Assembly (NCBI GenBank): GCA_034661055.1 | Contig: JAYEKO010000054.1 | Location: 1-41,964, forward strand | Reading direction: 5' to 3' | Source of the DNA: Campylobacterota bacterium | GTDB lineage: Bacteria; Campylobacterota; Campylobacteria; Campylobacterales; Sulfurimonadaceae | Length of the DNA: 41,964 bases | The notes under the pieces: model-generated | The model's database searches: none | Told to the model about the DNA's origin: nothing | The model's input: only the letters and a program-made list of their open reading frames with translations | Shown here: positions 41,881 through 41,964 of the stretch, in pieces | Numbering within the stretch: the stretch's first letter is position 1 | Layout of the letters: every line of letters starts with the position of its first letter | Translations under genes and position numbers: made by a program

Positions 41881-41964
41881 CTAGGCGGCGACCTACATTT
41901 CCAGTCCTGAAAGGACAAGTATTATCAGCGATGAGAGGCTTAGCTTCTGGGTTCGGAATGGGGC
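41881..41964 (-). rRNA. rrf: 5S rRNA, 3' part (5' end lies beyond the window)
   Basis: Reverse complement CCCATTCCGAACCCAGAAGCTAAGC...GCTGATAATACT...GGAAATGTAGGTCGCCGCCTAG contains the conserved 5S CCGAAC loop. Confidence 0.92.

Overview
AT-rich (roughly 35% GC by eye) core chromosome of a Campylobacterota bacterium, most like Sulfurimonas or its relatives. It carries familiar housekeeping blocks: argD; cheV; oadGAB; ppa; rodA / rluD-FN3 lipoprotein-trmB-ftsEX-envC; flgH; trpC; kdsB; rpsO; rrf2-flhA; pyrH-rpoZ-spoT-tyrS-fabX-amiA; prlC; ung. There is one tRNA(CAT) and the 3' part of a 5S rRNA at the right edge. I saw no mobile element, CRISPR array or defence island. The most striking signal is not a gene: the palindrome TACATGTA occurs at least 20 times by manual count (about 1.5 expected from base composition), six times as TTTACATGTAAA. 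Copies lie inside genes in two different reading frames and in intergenic gaps, as expected for a highly iterated palindrome or DNA-uptake/methylation signature. Other points of interest are a lipoprotein with a symmetric 6+6 array of 23-aa repeats, an uncalled 57-aa membrane ORF beside a perfect 15-bp-arm inverted repeat, and an orphan molybdoenzyme coupled to argD.
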